Below are positions 1 to 9,779 of a DNA stretch of 36,394 nucleotides, in pieces. The notes below the pieces were generated by a model. It was not told the origin of the DNA, ran no database searches, and saw nothing but the letters and a program-made list of their open reading frames with translations. The translations under genes were made by a program, and so were the position numbers. How positions within the stretch are numbered: the first letter of the stretch is position 1; each line of letters opens with the position of its first letter. This DNA comes from a virus (Duplodnaviria > Caudoviricetes): positions 1 to 36,394 of IMG/VR virus record IMGVR_UViG_3300020045_005093; one strand, given 5' to 3'.

Positions 1-113
1 GCTTTTTTAGCTTTTGCCCACGTTCCCATGTTATTTAATAAAACATTCCAATACCAGCTATTCTTTAAATCTGTGTCCGAATGCCCAACTAACTTATGCT
101 TTTTGTATTTCAT
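1..113 (-). CDS. hypothetical protein, runs off the left end (partial)
   Basis: ATG at 113, open to position 1 (MKYKKHKLVGHSDTDLKNSWYWNVLLNNMGTWAKAKK...); start overlaps the upstream ORF. Confidence 0.5.
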   Translation of the reverse strand, partial: MKYKKHKLVGHSDTDLKNSWYWNVLLNNMGTWAKAKK

Positions 114-264
114 AAGTTAAGATTGCTTTTATTAAATTATTTGGCATTTCTTCGGCTTGCGGTTTCTTCCACACGATAATTGGTAAGCCATTGACATGAC
201 CGACAATCTGAAATTGTCCATCTAAGCTATTATCCCAAGAATAGCTGTAAGTCATTGACATCAT
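94..264 (-). CDS. small hypothetical protein (56 aa)
   Basis: Hand-translated MMSMTYSYSWDNSLDGQFQIVGHVNGLPIIVWKKP...; fills the gap after the GT17 gene. Confidence 0.5.
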   Translation of the reverse strand: MMSMTYSYSWDNSLDGQFQIVGHVNGLPIIVWKKPQAEEMPNNLIKAILTYEIQKA

Positions 265-269
265 ATGTT

Positions 270-1088
270 CTATAATAGCATATTTAGGTATTTTTGTCTA
301 TTTTTCTTTAAATATTCAGGCCAATCACTCTCATCTGTCCAAAATTTAAAATCTCTACCGCCGAATCTACCAGCAAATATATCCCTATTATTCTTAGCGT
401 TTTCAATTATTAACTCAGTTGGAGTACCATAATAACTATCTGTCTGGTCTTGTTCGCCTATTGTACGGGTACTCTTTACTTTATGTTTAATTCCTTCTTC
501 TCCACCTTGATAAGTAAAGTGCCAGCCACCATTAGGCAGACTTACTTCACCTTTTTGCTTTATATCATTAATCTTTTCACTTTTAAGCCGTTTATAAGTT
601 GTACAAACACTCCCTACCCATTCTTCTGAACACCTGTTGTTTAACTGATAGTAGTAAACTAATTGTTTTAATCCCCACACCCTATCATCGTGGATAATCT
701 TACTTATTCTACGATTCCATATTTCATCACAATCGCTTATAAACACAATATCCTCATCCTTACATACCGCCTCAAGAGGTTTTCGCATCATTTCCATTGC
801 GTAATATACTTTCATCCAGTAAGGGTTGCCATGGCTTGTATTGGGCGAATTCTTAGCTTGTTCAACTATCTCTTGGTCTTCTAGTAAATTAAACTGGAAA
901 TGTATTATCTTATCTTCCCATTGTTTAAACCTGTCTTTGTTCGCTAGGTAATAAGAGTCATGTGGCACGCCACTAAAATACTGCCTAGCTTCACAGATAA
1001 CAAACTTATCTACCACTTTGTCAAGAACGTGGAGTCTAATCTCAAGTATATCCAGCTCACCATTAAACAAAAATGTATCGTATATCAT
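270..1088 (-). CDS. GT17-family (MGAT3-like) glycosyltransferase
   Basis: MIYDTFLFNGELDILEIRL N-terminus, ISDCDEI (DxD) and GGWHFTY motifs. Confidence 0.85.
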   Translation of the reverse strand: MIYDTFLFNGELDILEIRLHVLDKVVDKFVICEARQYFSGVPHDSYYLANKDRFKQWEDKIIHFQFNLLEDQEIVEQAKNSPNTSHGNPYWMKVYYAMEMMRKPLEAVCKDEDIVFISDCDEIWNRRISKIIHDDRVWGLKQLVYYYQLNNRCSEEWVGSVCTTYKRLKSEKINDIKQKGEVSLPNGGWHFTYQGGEEGIKHKVKSTRTIGEQDQTDSYYGTPTELIIENAKNNRDIFAGRFGGRDFKFWTDESDWPEYLKKNRQKYLNMLL

Positions 1089-1639
1089 AAAGTTTGAGCT
1101 ACTATCACCTTACCTGTTATTTTTGAATTTAAAATCAATTTTACCGCTTGTATTACTTTGTCCATACTCTGGCTCTTTCTGCCCTTCTGTATATTTTTAG
1201 TCATTTTAGTTCGTATAAACCCAGGGGCTATACAGTTAATCTGAACATTAGGGTATTCTTTGGCTATCGTTTCGGTGAACCTCACCACTCCCGCTTTGCT
1301 TGTAGCATAAGCACTAAAGCGTGGCCTTGGATAGAACGCCCCTCCACCACTCATGTTTATTATCTTACCTTTCTTCATTCGCTTTAAGACTGCGTGGCAT
1401 ACATTCACAGTCCCTAACAAATTTACGTTTATAGTTTTGTGCCATTCTTTTAGGTCATTTGTATGAAACTTACCAATACACCCATAAATACCAGCACAGT
1501 TTATAACAATATCACCATTTTGTATACCCTCTATTTCCTGAACTTTTGTTACATCTAATTGGCTATGTTCAAAAAGAACACCTCCCAATGCTTCATGTAT
1601 TGCTGTCCCTATTCCACCACCGCCTATTACAATAATCAT
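1085..1639 (-). CDS. short-chain dehydrogenase/reductase (SDR)
   Basis: GGGGIG Rossmann motif, NCAG, catalytic YATSK (YxxxK), INCIAPG. Confidence 0.9.
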   Translation of the reverse strand: MIIVIGGGGIGTAIHEALGGVLFEHSQLDVTKVQEIEGIQNGDIVINCAGIYGCIGKFHTNDLKEWHKTINVNLLGTVNVCHAVLKRMKKGKIINMSGGGAFYPRPRFSAYATSKAGVVRFTETIAKEYPNVQINCIAPGFIRTKMTKNIQKGRKSQSMDKVIQAVKLILNSKITGKVIVAQTL

Positions 1640-2253
1640 AAAGACTCCAGTATTTTTAAATCTCTTAATAAATGCTTACTAGGCTGTCCGGGAATAAGGT
1701 AGGCTTTCTGCCCTATTCTACTGTCACTCTTTATTCCTTTTACTACATCCTCATACTCAGCCCCCACATCTTCACAGTTTTTAGCTATCTTGTTAGCATA
1801 TCCAATAGACATTGCAAGGAATCCGTTTGTTGCATGCTTAACCATCGCCGCACTCTCTAAAGACATAAACAATAAATCCCCTTTGTACCATTTGTAGAAA
1901 TCTTCCATTTGAGGTTTCAACTTTTTAGAACAACCGATTATCTGTCTGTCTGCGTTTATAAACAACTCAACACCCTCTGCTATCCGTAAATTCTCAGGGT
2001 TGTAAACAAAATCCCTACCTAACACTTTACGGGCTGTTTTTAAATAACTTACAGGGATTGGACTCATTATAATCACTAAACTGTCATTCTGTCTTGCCTT
2101 AACTAAAGCTCCCTCAATCTCCTCTAAATCCACGCTAAAGTCTGTGTTTATTGGAGTGTCTATGGCAATTATCACAGCATTCCCCGCAAGTCCAAGCTGT
2201 TCAATACTCTCTCTTATTGTTTTAGCTAAATGTCCATTGCCTATTATTTCCAT
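1636..2253 (-). CDS. UDP-glucose/GDP-mannose dehydrogenase-family protein (shortened, non-canonical)
   Basis: IIGNGHLA, AIDTP, YNPENLR, SAAMVKHATNGFLA and SDSRIG motifs; the GGxC catalytic motif and C-terminal domain are absent. Confidence 0.75.
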   Translation of the reverse strand: MEIIGNGHLAKTIRESIEQLGLAGNAVIIAIDTPINTDFSVDLEEIEGALVKARQNDSLVIIMSPIPVSYLKTARKVLGRDFVYNPENLRIAEGVELFINADRQIIGCSKKLKPQMEDFYKWYKGDLLFMSLESAAMVKHATNGFLAMSIGYANKIAKNCEDVGAEYEDVVKGIKSDSRIGQKAYLIPGQPSKHLLRDLKILESL

Positions 2254-2855
2254 AAAGTATACAAGCTCCTTTCTACATAATGTGCTTCTGCAGGTAGAAC
2301 GGCGTGTTCTAAAGTATCACGCATTTTAATATAAAACTCTTTAGGATGTTTATGTACTGTTTCTGGCGTTAAAATATAATTCCCACCTGGAGCGAAAACT
2401 AAATATTCTGGTTTCGGAAGTCCCATATAATCAGCCCAGTCATTATATGTTTTAAACTTACTTTCAAACTGTGGAGCATACCAACTATTATTCAACTCTT
2501 CAAACATTCCATCCACATATCGACATATTGGTTCATAAACCTTGTGTCCTTGGGTTAAAAGTGGAGTGAAAACCTTGTTATCCTTAACTAAATCAAACTC
2601 TTCTTTAGTTATATAATTCAGTAAATTAGACTTAGCTAACAAAAATACATCGGGTAAATTGTCGTAGTTATCAATCAAATAAGTTAAACGGTCATAGTCT
2701 GCATTCCCTATATTTTTTGTATTTATTATATATTCTTTTGGAAACGCTTTTAGCCACTCATAATTATCGCTTCTGTCATAAATTACAAAATTACTAGGCT
2801 CATAATCACCTAACCACTTCGGCGTATAATTATAATTTACTAAAACCCATTTCAT
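2244..2855 (-). CDS. glycan-related protein, DUF3431-like
   Basis: NIGNADYDRLTYLIDNYDNLPD, FAPGGNYI and AHYVERS...W pattern; cluster context. Confidence 0.55.
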   Translation of the reverse strand: MKWVLVNYNYTPKWLGDYEPSNFVIYDRSDNYEWLKAFPKEYIINTKNIGNADYDRLTYLIDNYDNLPDVFLLAKSNLLNYITKEEFDLVKDNKVFTPLLTQGHKVYEPICRYVDGMFEELNNSWYAPQFESKFKTYNDWADYMGLPKPEYLVFAPGGNYILTPETVHKHPKEFYIKMRDTLEHAVLPAEAHYVERSLYTLWK

Positions 2856-3640
2856 ATATAAATTATATTACTACGCTTGTAAAAATTAGATGGCATACTC
2901 CAGGTCTTGGTGTTTCTTCTTGCCCAATAACGTGGACAAATAGCTTCTTTTAAGTTTTCGTTCAATAACATTGGGAGAATCCCAAACGCTGAATTAGAAA
3001 GAATTAAGTGTCTAGCATATCTAACTGAACGCCAATTTAAAGCTATGTCTTTAATTACTTCATAATTTTGGGCTGGTAAATATATTAACTTCTTTGCTAA
3101 TTCTGGGTCATCAGTATGTATTTCAAAAGTGGGAATATATCTTATAGGTAATTTAGTATGAATTAAATCAATAGCTTCATTCCAATATTCTTTAGGCAAA
3201 AACAATTCAGACACGGTCGCAAATTCCCCACCTCTAAAATTAATTACACATAAATCATCAGGCATCTCCAAAGGTTCAACCTTTAGCCATTCCCTTATCT
3301 CATTTAACCTATGCCCCCAATACTTCTCATCCTGAGCACAAGTAGCGTCTATTACAGTTCCGTCTTCAATAAAAAAGAATTCTGGATTAAAATAAGGCGT
3401 ATTTAACTCAATTAAATTATGAGGTTCGTCAATAATCAATTTACCTGTTCCCTGTTCTATATGATGTTTAAAAGAAACATCTTCTCCCCAATCAAGATTT
3501 AAGAAACTATTTCCTTTAAAGTATTCTTTTCCAATAAAACCAAAAGGTACACCTAAATCCAAAGCTCTTGTCCGAACTGTGATATAGGTAAACAAAGAAT
3601 CTCCCAACCCACTTCCCGAATGAATAAGCCCAAAAATCAT
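2852..3640 (-). CDS. GT11-like (alpha-1,2-fucosyltransferase-like) glycosyltransferase, divergent
   Basis: GSGLGDSLF, INFRGGEF (HxRxGD variant), HTDD, ILSNSAFG. Confidence 0.7.
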   Translation of the reverse strand: MIFGLIHSGSGLGDSLFTYITVRTRALDLGVPFGFIGKEYFKGNSFLNLDWGEDVSFKHHIEQGTGKLIIDEPHNLIELNTPYFNPEFFFIEDGTVIDATCAQDEKYWGHRLNEIREWLKVEPLEMPDDLCVINFRGGEFATVSELFLPKEYWNEAIDLIHTKLPIRYIPTFEIHTDDPELAKKLIYLPAQNYEVIKDIALNWRSVRYARHLILSNSAFGILPMLLNENLKEAICPRYWARRNTKTWSMPSNFYKRSNIIYI

Positions 3641-4104
3641 ACAATCTTATTTAATAATGCAAATTCACCAAAGTTTTTTATCATCATTTTATTATAACCA
3701 ATGGCAGCTTCCCTCTTAGTCTTAAAATATTTAACAAAATGCTTCCTATTAACTTTAATATTAGCTGTCCAATACTGTAAATTTCTATTCCAACTAACAC
3801 CCTTATAGCCTGAAGTATTGTTTTTATTTATTTTTTGATTTGCATTGTTCTCTGAACGAGTTACCACTCTCAAATTTTCACGTCTATTGTCAAGTTTATT
3901 GCCATTAATATGGTCAGTATCTTTCCCTTTAGGAGTATTTAGAATTAAACGATGCATTTGCCTTGTACCGCTTTTTTTTAAAGCATACCCATTATTTGTG
4001 ATTGACCATCTAAACTTATTCACCTTATCAAAATCTTCATCATCCACCAAAGCAAAATGCTTGTCCTTGTTTTTCCCTTGCTGACTTAATGGTATTTTTT
4101 TCAT
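3637..4104 (-). mobile_element. free-standing HNH homing endonuclease with AP2 DNA-binding domain
   Basis: ALVDDEDF, MHRLIL, DHINGNKLDNRRENLR, NNTSGYKGV, AAIGYN...FGEFA. Confidence 0.9.
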
Positions 4105-5057
4105 AAACTTTTAAAGAAATTGTAATCAGTCATTATTATATCCTCAATAGTTCTCTTAGGCTTCCAACCAAGCTCTCGTTCAGCTTTACCAGAATCTCCA
4201 ACTAATCTATAAGGGTCGCTTGGTCTTTGAGGCATAAACTTGTAGTTAAGTTTCTGGTTTAACAGTCTTTCCGCAGTCGTTATCATTTCCATTAACGAAT
4301 AACCTTTATTCATTCCCAAGTTATAAACCTTGCAACCGTCTAAGTGTTCAAGTGCAAGCAAGTGGGCTTCAGCTAAGTCGTTTACGTGGACATAGTCTCT
4401 TATTGCCGTGCCGTCAGGAGTAGGATGTGTATTCCCATAAGCTTCAAATATTGGCTGTTGCCCTAAAAACGTCTTGACTAAGTTCGTTACTAACTGGGTT
4501 TCAGGATTATGATAACAACCCACTTCTAAATTCTCGTCTACCCCGCTTGCACAGAAAGGACGGAACGAAATTGAATTAATCCCATAAGCTCGGTGGTAGT
4601 CTTTAAGCACTTGTTCAATTACCATCTTACTAAATCCATAAGGGTTGTCAGGGTTCTTTTCTGAATCCTCGGTTAAAGGGTCTGGTGTATGCTTGTAAAT
4701 TGCCGCTGTTGAAGAGAATATAATCTTGTTACAATCCACCGCTCGCATGCAGTCTAAAACATTTAAACTGCCTAAAATATTCACATCATAATACTTAGCA
4801 GGGTCAGACAAAGAAGGAGCTACATTCGCTATTGCAGCAAAATGGTCAACTACATCTGGTTGGAAATTATTAAATACCTTAAAAAGTTTCTTGTCCCTAA
4901 TGTCTGCAGGATAGTAACGCACGTTCTTATCCTTAATTCTGTTCCTTAGAGTCTGAGAAAAATTATCTACTACCGCAATTTTATGCCCTCTTTTACGAGC
5001 TTGATTAACAAAGTGTGCACCGATATACCCAGCTCCGCCTGTAACTAAAATTTTCAT
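4101..5057 (-). CDS. galE: UDP-glucose 4-epimerase
   Basis: VTGGAGYIG, HFAA, FSSTAAIY, NPYGFSK, TPDGTAIRDYVHVNDLAEAH. Confidence 0.9.
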   Translation of the reverse strand: MKILVTGGAGYIGAHFVNQARKRGHKIAVVDNFSQTLRNRIKDKNVRYYPADIRDKKLFKVFNNFQPDVVDHFAAIANVAPSLSDPAKYYDVNILGSLNVLDCMRAVDCNKIIFSSTAAIYKHTPDPLTEDSEKNPDNPYGFSKMVIEQVLKDYHRAYGINSISFRPFCASGVDENLEVGCYHNPETQLVTNLVKTFLGQQPIFEAYGNTHPTPDGTAIRDYVHVNDLAEAHLLALEHLDGCKVYNLGMNKGYSLMEMITTAERLLNQKLNYKFMPQRPSDPYRLVGDSGKAERELGWKPKRTIEDIIMTDYNFFKSL

Positions 5058-5548
5058 ATTCTCTCCAAAACGGTTAAACCGTTGTTATTTTGATAATGTT
5101 GTTTAACTTTCCATGCTCCTACTTTTAGTAAATACCCAATCGCTACCCAGAGTTCTTTAGCACTCTCTGTGTCATGTAATACAATATACTTTTTTGCTTT
5201 ATGTGCATGAAGTCTAAATTCTTTTTTAAGGTGTTCTGTTGTATGGTCAGTATCTATAAAAAGTAAATCGGTTTCTTCAATCTCAATCTTAGTTGTATCT
5301 CCTAATCTAAACTCAAAATCAATTTCTAATTTTTTAGCCGTATCCTTAACCGCTTGTAAGTTTTCCTCAGGCGGATTAACTATATCTATACTCACTAACT
5401 TACCTTTTGTTTTAGCTAATCCCTCTAAAAAAGCCCAAGTAGATACACAGTTTCTAACTCCCATTTCTGTTATATGCGAACACTCCTCGCTCAACTTAGC
5501 AAGTGTGCCTAAGTGTTCATGTATGTCTGTTGATTCTATTACAATCAT
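5054..5548 (-). CDS. class I SAM-dependent methyltransferase (Methyltransf_24-like)
   Basis: EMGVR...ST, SIDI, DLLFIDTDH, IVLHDT, NNNGLTVL. Confidence 0.8.
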   Translation of the reverse strand: MIVIESTDIHEHLGTLAKLSEECSHITEMGVRNCVSTWAFLEGLAKTKGKLVSIDIVNPPEENLQAVKDTAKKLEIDFEFRLGDTTKIEIEETDLLFIDTDHTTEHLKKEFRLHAHKAKKYIVLHDTESAKELWVAIGYLLKVGAWKVKQHYQNNNGLTVLERI

Positions 5549-6168
5549 ATCTCAAAGTTCGGAAAAATCCGATTCCTTCCCATAGTTTTATGGTACATAA
5601 ATGTTCTTGGTATCTGATAGTTCTCAGGGACTTCATTCTCCCGTCCAAAATATACAGCCTCCTCTAAGGGAGCGAACCTGCAACCGTTTTCTTCAAATAC
5701 GTGCCTCATGTTCACGCTTATATAACCGTCTTCATTAAAATAACCATACCAATCTCGCCATTCCATTCCTATCTTCTTTGGTAGTTGCATTAACTTCTTG
5801 CTTCTTAAACTCACAGAGTTCCCTACTCTCTGCACCACACCATTTATATCTCGGTAGCTAAAATTATCTGTCGGTAAAGGGAAAGGCGCACCTATAAAGT
5901 CATACTCTAACCACTTCTGTCGCCACATATCAGGTTCAGCTACACCGCCGTCAGGATGAACAAACAAAGCGAAATCAGTTTTAATATAATCCCCTAAATC
6001 AAACACTACCGCCTTATTCCATTCGTCTATCGTGTTTGTCGGGACAATAATATTCTTCACATCTCCAAACTCAATCCGGGCTGACGAGTACTCTAGTTGG
6101 CGTTGTTGTTGCCCTTTGTACTTTTCTGAACCAAAAGCACAAAGAGTAATCTGCGGAAGCTTAAGCAT
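5545..6168 (-). CDS. DUF5672-like putative glycosyltransferase
   Basis: VHPDGG, W...WLEYDFIGAP, VGNSVSLRSKKL, NEDGYI, FAP. Confidence 0.7.
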   Translation of the reverse strand: MLKLPQITLCAFGSEKYKGQQQRQLEYSSARIEFGDVKNIIVPTNTIDEWNKAVVFDLGDYIKTDFALFVHPDGGVAEPDMWRQKWLEYDFIGAPFPLPTDNFSYRDINGVVQRVGNSVSLRSKKLMQLPKKIGMEWRDWYGYFNEDGYISVNMRHVFEENGCRFAPLEEAVYFGRENEVPENYQIPRTFMYHKTMGRNRIFPNFEI

Positions 6169-6775
6169 AGTCGTTTGGGATAGGCACTTTCATATCTTTA
6201 ATTGAATTAGGAATTACATCAGGCTTAGTTTTAACTGCAATATCGTAAATACGCTTTCTACCTGTACCAACATAAATCATCCTTTTCCCTACACCACTCC
6301 AATCATTAATCTCTTTTTCAATCAAAGGTGCTATTATATCAACTGAATCGCCCATAGTCCATTGGTCTATAAAAGCCTTTTCAAATTGCCAAGGAGTAGC
6401 TTTAAAAAGAGTACGAATAATCAAATAATTTGAATGCGTTTCTACTAATTCTTCTGCTAATTTTTTAGTAAGAGCATAAAAATTAGTCGGCTTTCCTGCG
6501 TATTCAGACGAAATATAAACTATTGGGGTATTAGGATAAGCTAACAAAAGATTTAAAGTACCATTTACATTTACATCAAAACATTCTTTCTTTTGTACCT
6601 CAGCTTCTTGTACTTTAGTATAAGCTGCGCAATGAATAATCAAATCAAAATTTAATCGTTCTATCGGTTCAGTTATGTCCATTTCCTCATGTGTAGGTCT
6701 GTCCGCTTTTATTTTTAAATTCCGCCCTAAAAGTCCACTACCCCCTGTCATTAATATCATAAAATTCGTAGACAC
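6161..6775 (-). CDS. RmlD-like NDP-4-keto-sugar reductase (short)
   Basis: TGGSGLLG, IIHCAAYT, VNVNGT, YISSEY, YALTK. Confidence 0.8.
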   Translation of the reverse strand: MSTNFMILMTGGSGLLGRNLKIKADRPTHEEMDITEPIERLNFDLIIHCAAYTKVQEAEVQKKECFDVNVNGTLNLLLAYPNTPIVYISSEYAGKPTNFYALTKKLAEELVETHSNYLIIRTLFKATPWQFEKAFIDQWTMGDSVDIIAPLIEKEINDWSGVGKRMIYVGTGRKRIYDIAVKTKPDVIPNSIKDMKVPIPNDYA

Positions 6776-7835
6776 TTTTAATAATATACTCTACCTCCCT
6801 ATTAGTTAAAGCATTATGGCAAGGCAAAGAAAGCAATCTTATCCAAATCTTATTTGTTATAGGCAACGGATTTCTAACACACTTGCGATAATAAGTCATC
6901 TCAGATAAAGGCTTAAAATGTACACTGGTAGTAATACCTTTTTTGCCTAAATACTCGCCTAATTGGTCTCGTTCCTTAAAACATTGTGTATAATACTGAA
7001 CTGTATGCGAATCTTTTAATTTAAAAAACCAATTCTTGCCCTTAAAAGCTTCATTATACTTAGCTTGTATTTCTCTTCTCCTAGCAGTCAGCTTGTCTAT
7101 TCGTCTTAAATTACCTAACCCTATCACAGCAGTTAAATCAGTCATGTAACTTTTTTGTCCACCGTGTTTTATGTCGTAATCCCAAGTATATGATTTTCCA
7201 ACTCGGTCAAAGGTACTTTTTTCAACTCCAACCCAAATCATACCTTTTAACTTTTTGACCATCTGTTCGTCATTGGTTGTAATCATCCCTCCATCACCTG
7301 TCGGAAGACTTTTAACCGCTTGAAAGCTCCAAACTGCTATATCTCCGCCTTTACCCGCCCCAGGTGTGTAGCAAGCGTGGGCTGCGTCTTGAATTAAAAG
7401 TACCTTACGTTTTCCAATCTTTTTTCTTATTCCTTCATAATCCGCCAATCTGCCATGTGAATCTACTGCGATTATCGCTTTTGTTTTAGGTGTAATTTTA
7501 ATTGCTTTAGGGTCTATACAAAGGTCATCAGCTTTAATATCTGCAAAAGTACACTTCATTCCGTTCCATTCTGCAACCACCGCATCAGAAACAAAAGTCA
7601 TTGGGGTTGTTATCAACTCGCCGCCTTTAATTCCGTAAACTTTCAAGCACAAATCTAACGCTGAAGTTGCAGAATTGACCGCAACTGCGTACTTAGAACC
7701 AACTTTTTTCGCAAACTCCCGTTCAAATTCCAAGACTTTCGGGCCATTTCCCCACCACCCGCTATCTAAAACTTCTAATAACTCTTGTTTGGTTTTCTCG
7801 TCAATTGTTGGTTTTAGCACCGCTATATTTTTCAT
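6738..7835 (-). CDS. DegT/DnrJ/EryC1/StrS PLP-dependent sugar aminotransferase
   Basis: GPKVLEFE, AVNSATSAL, QDAAHA, SFQAVKSLPTGDGGM (PLP lysine), LSLPCH. Confidence 0.93.
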   Translation of the reverse strand: MKNIAVLKPTIDEKTKQELLEVLDSGWWGNGPKVLEFEREFAKKVGSKYAVAVNSATSALDLCLKVYGIKGGELITTPMTFVSDAVVAEWNGMKCTFADIKADDLCIDPKAIKITPKTKAIIAVDSHGRLADYEGIRKKIGKRKVLLIQDAAHACYTPGAGKGGDIAVWSFQAVKSLPTGDGGMITTNDEQMVKKLKGMIWVGVEKSTFDRVGKSYTWDYDIKHGGQKSYMTDLTAVIGLGNLRRIDKLTARRREIQAKYNEAFKGKNWFFKLKDSHTVQYYTQCFKERDQLGEYLGKKGITTSVHFKPLSEMTYYRKCVRNPLPITNKIWIRLLSLPCHNALTNREVEYIIKSVYEFYDINDRG

Positions 7836-8388
7836 ATAATATTTGGTGTTCTTTTAATTTTACTTCATTAGAAATTAAATTAGTGGCTTGTTCGTCATGA
7901 ATTCCTATATTTACATTTACTTCATCTAAAATTTGTGGTTTGCCATATCTATTGAATAATTGCATATAAAAATCACAGTCCACCATCCAAGACAAATCCC
8001 CAAAATATATAGGCTCTTTATTTCCATTTTCTATGGTTAAGCAACTTGGTGCGCCTAATTTATTATTTCCTTTCCAAATATCATCTGTCCAATAAGGATG
8101 AGGGTTGTTGGAAGACCCTGTTATCAACCAACCTGTTTTAAAATTATCTTCTATGTGTTGTAAAGAATATTTATTTGTAAAATAATCATCTTGGTGTAAA
8201 AATTTTATTAATTCGCCTTTACTTTTTCTTATACCGGCATTATGATTTTGCGCCCAATTACCTTCTTCTACTGCGACAATTTCATAATCAGAAAAAGTTT
8301 GGTTATGTATAGACTCTAAGCACCTATTCAAAAGTGGTTGCCAGTTTTTTATTCCTTTGTATATTGGGACTACTATACTAAATCGCAT
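7801..8388 (-). CDS. GT2-family glycosyltransferase
   Basis: FSIVVPIY, NAGIRKSKGELIKFLHQDDYF, LGAPS, MVDCDFY. Confidence 0.85.
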   Translation of the reverse strand: MRFSIVVPIYKGIKNWQPLLNRCLESIHNQTFSDYEIVAVEEGNWAQNHNAGIRKSKGELIKFLHQDDYFTNKYSLQHIEDNFKTGWLITGSSNNPHPYWTDDIWKGNNKLGAPSCLTIENGNKEPIYFGDLSWMVDCDFYMQLFNRYGKPQILDEVNVNIGIHDEQATNLISNEVKLKEHQILYEKYSGAKTNN

Positions 8389-8923
8389 ACCACTCCTTTA
8401 AAAATCCGACTCGTTGAATTTTATCAGAAAACCATTCTTTCGGATAAACGACTTTCTTATTTGGATTACCTAGAAAACCGCCCCACCAACTTAAAGACGA
8501 ATTAGCCATTATCATTCCTTTACAAGAAGCCATTGCCTTTAAGTCTTCTTCTACTGTTTTCCCTTCTGAAAACTCAAATCTACTATCAAAATACTTTTTA
8601 CAGAACTCTATATCATCACTAAACACCACAAACTTTTCATTAGGAAATTGTGAAATAGCATCTGCATAGTAAGTAGTCTTGGTTAAGTCTACATAAAACG
8701 AATTTCCAACATAATCTCCACGTCTAACATGAATTGCTACTCGCTCATCATTACCAATTCCATCTCCAAACAATTGCCTTATCTCGCTTCCATACTTATC
8801 AAAATACTTAGGGTCTTGGACAAAGATATCCGGTATCGCACCATCTCTAAACTGAGAATAAATATAAGCATACTGAAAAAGTGAATTCCCTAATCTACCA
8901 AAATGTTTTTGTACAAAATTCAT
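8378..8923 (-). CDS. GT11-family alpha-1,2-fucosyltransferase-like protein
   Basis: GRLGNSLFQYA, IHVRRGDY, VFSDD, ANSSLSWWG. Confidence 0.9.
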   Translation of the reverse strand: MNFVQKHFGRLGNSLFQYAYIYSQFRDGAIPDIFVQDPKYFDKYGSEIRQLFGDGIGNDERVAIHVRRGDYVGNSFYVDLTKTTYYADAISQFPNEKFVVFSDDIEFCKKYFDSRFEFSEGKTVEEDLKAMASCKGMIMANSSLSWWGGFLGNPNKKVVYPKEWFSDKIQRVGFLKEWYAI

Positions 8924-9600
8924 TAAAAATCCAATCCGACTTCGGGGAAGTCTTTATTAATTTGTCCTAAAAGCTTCTTATGATACTGAATTGCTTTTGT
9001 ATACATACTCTGACTTTTAATTCGGTACATCCATAAAACTTCTGGTATTGTATATAACTTATATCCTCTAGTTAGCAAATTCACCCACAAATGAAGGTCT
9101 TCATAACCTTCCACCATTTTGGGAGAATAGCCGCCAATCTCTAGCAAAGCGGAACGTCTTATTGCGGCACAATAGCCAAGCCTATTTCCTGTTTTAAAAT
9201 CTTCTAAAGTCGGATTTCCTAGTATTACTTCTCGGTTTCCAAGTCCGAATTCCTTAAAAGAAGGAGCGACAATATCTGGCGAATTAATTTCTATAACTTT
9301 TCTAATATGATAACTACAATTTTTTAACAAAACATCATCAGCGTCTAAAAATAGGCAATATTCTCCGCTTGCGTTCATAATCCCAGTATTTCTCGCACTA
9401 GCCAAACCTTTGTTTACTTGCTTTATTACTTTAACTAAACCCCTAGTTATGTCAGCATACTTTTTAGCAATTGCCCAAGAACTGTCTGTACTTCCATCAT
9501 CTACAACAATAATCTCACTTTCGTACTGAATTAAGGCCGATTCAATCGCTTCTGCTAAATATTCTGCTTGATTGTAAACTGGTATTATTATAGAAATCAT
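8923..9600 (-). CDS. GT2-family glycosyltransferase
   Basis: ISIIIPVYN, VVDDGSTD, NKGLASARNTG, FLDADD, YEDLHLW. Confidence 0.93.
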   Translation of the reverse strand: MISIIIPVYNQAEYLAEAIESALIQYESEIIVVDDGSTDSSWAIAKKYADITRGLVKVIKQVNKGLASARNTGIMNASGEYCLFLDADDVLLKNCSYHIRKVIEINSPDIVAPSFKEFGLGNREVILGNPTLEDFKTGNRLGYCAAIRRSALLEIGGYSPKMVEGYEDLHLWVNLLTRGYKLYTIPEVLWMYRIKSQSMYTKAIQYHKKLLGQINKDFPEVGLDF

Positions 9601-9779
9601 AATTCTTTAATAGCTTTTTCAACCAATTTATTTAGATAATCATAACCCAAAGATTTATAATTTGAATCATAAAACCGCCATTTTTTATTAGTCTTCCATT
9701 CATAAATGGTTGAAAAATAAAAACTAATAGGGACACTTGCTATTAACAAAATAAAAATTGACCAAATTATTATTATCAT
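9597..9779 (-). CDS. small membrane protein (60 aa)
   Basis: N-terminal hydrophobic helix; ATGA overlaps on both sides. Confidence 0.6.
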   Translation of the reverse strand: MIIIIWSIFILLIASVPISFYFSTIYEWKTNKKWRFYDSNYKSLGYDYLNKLVEKAIKEL

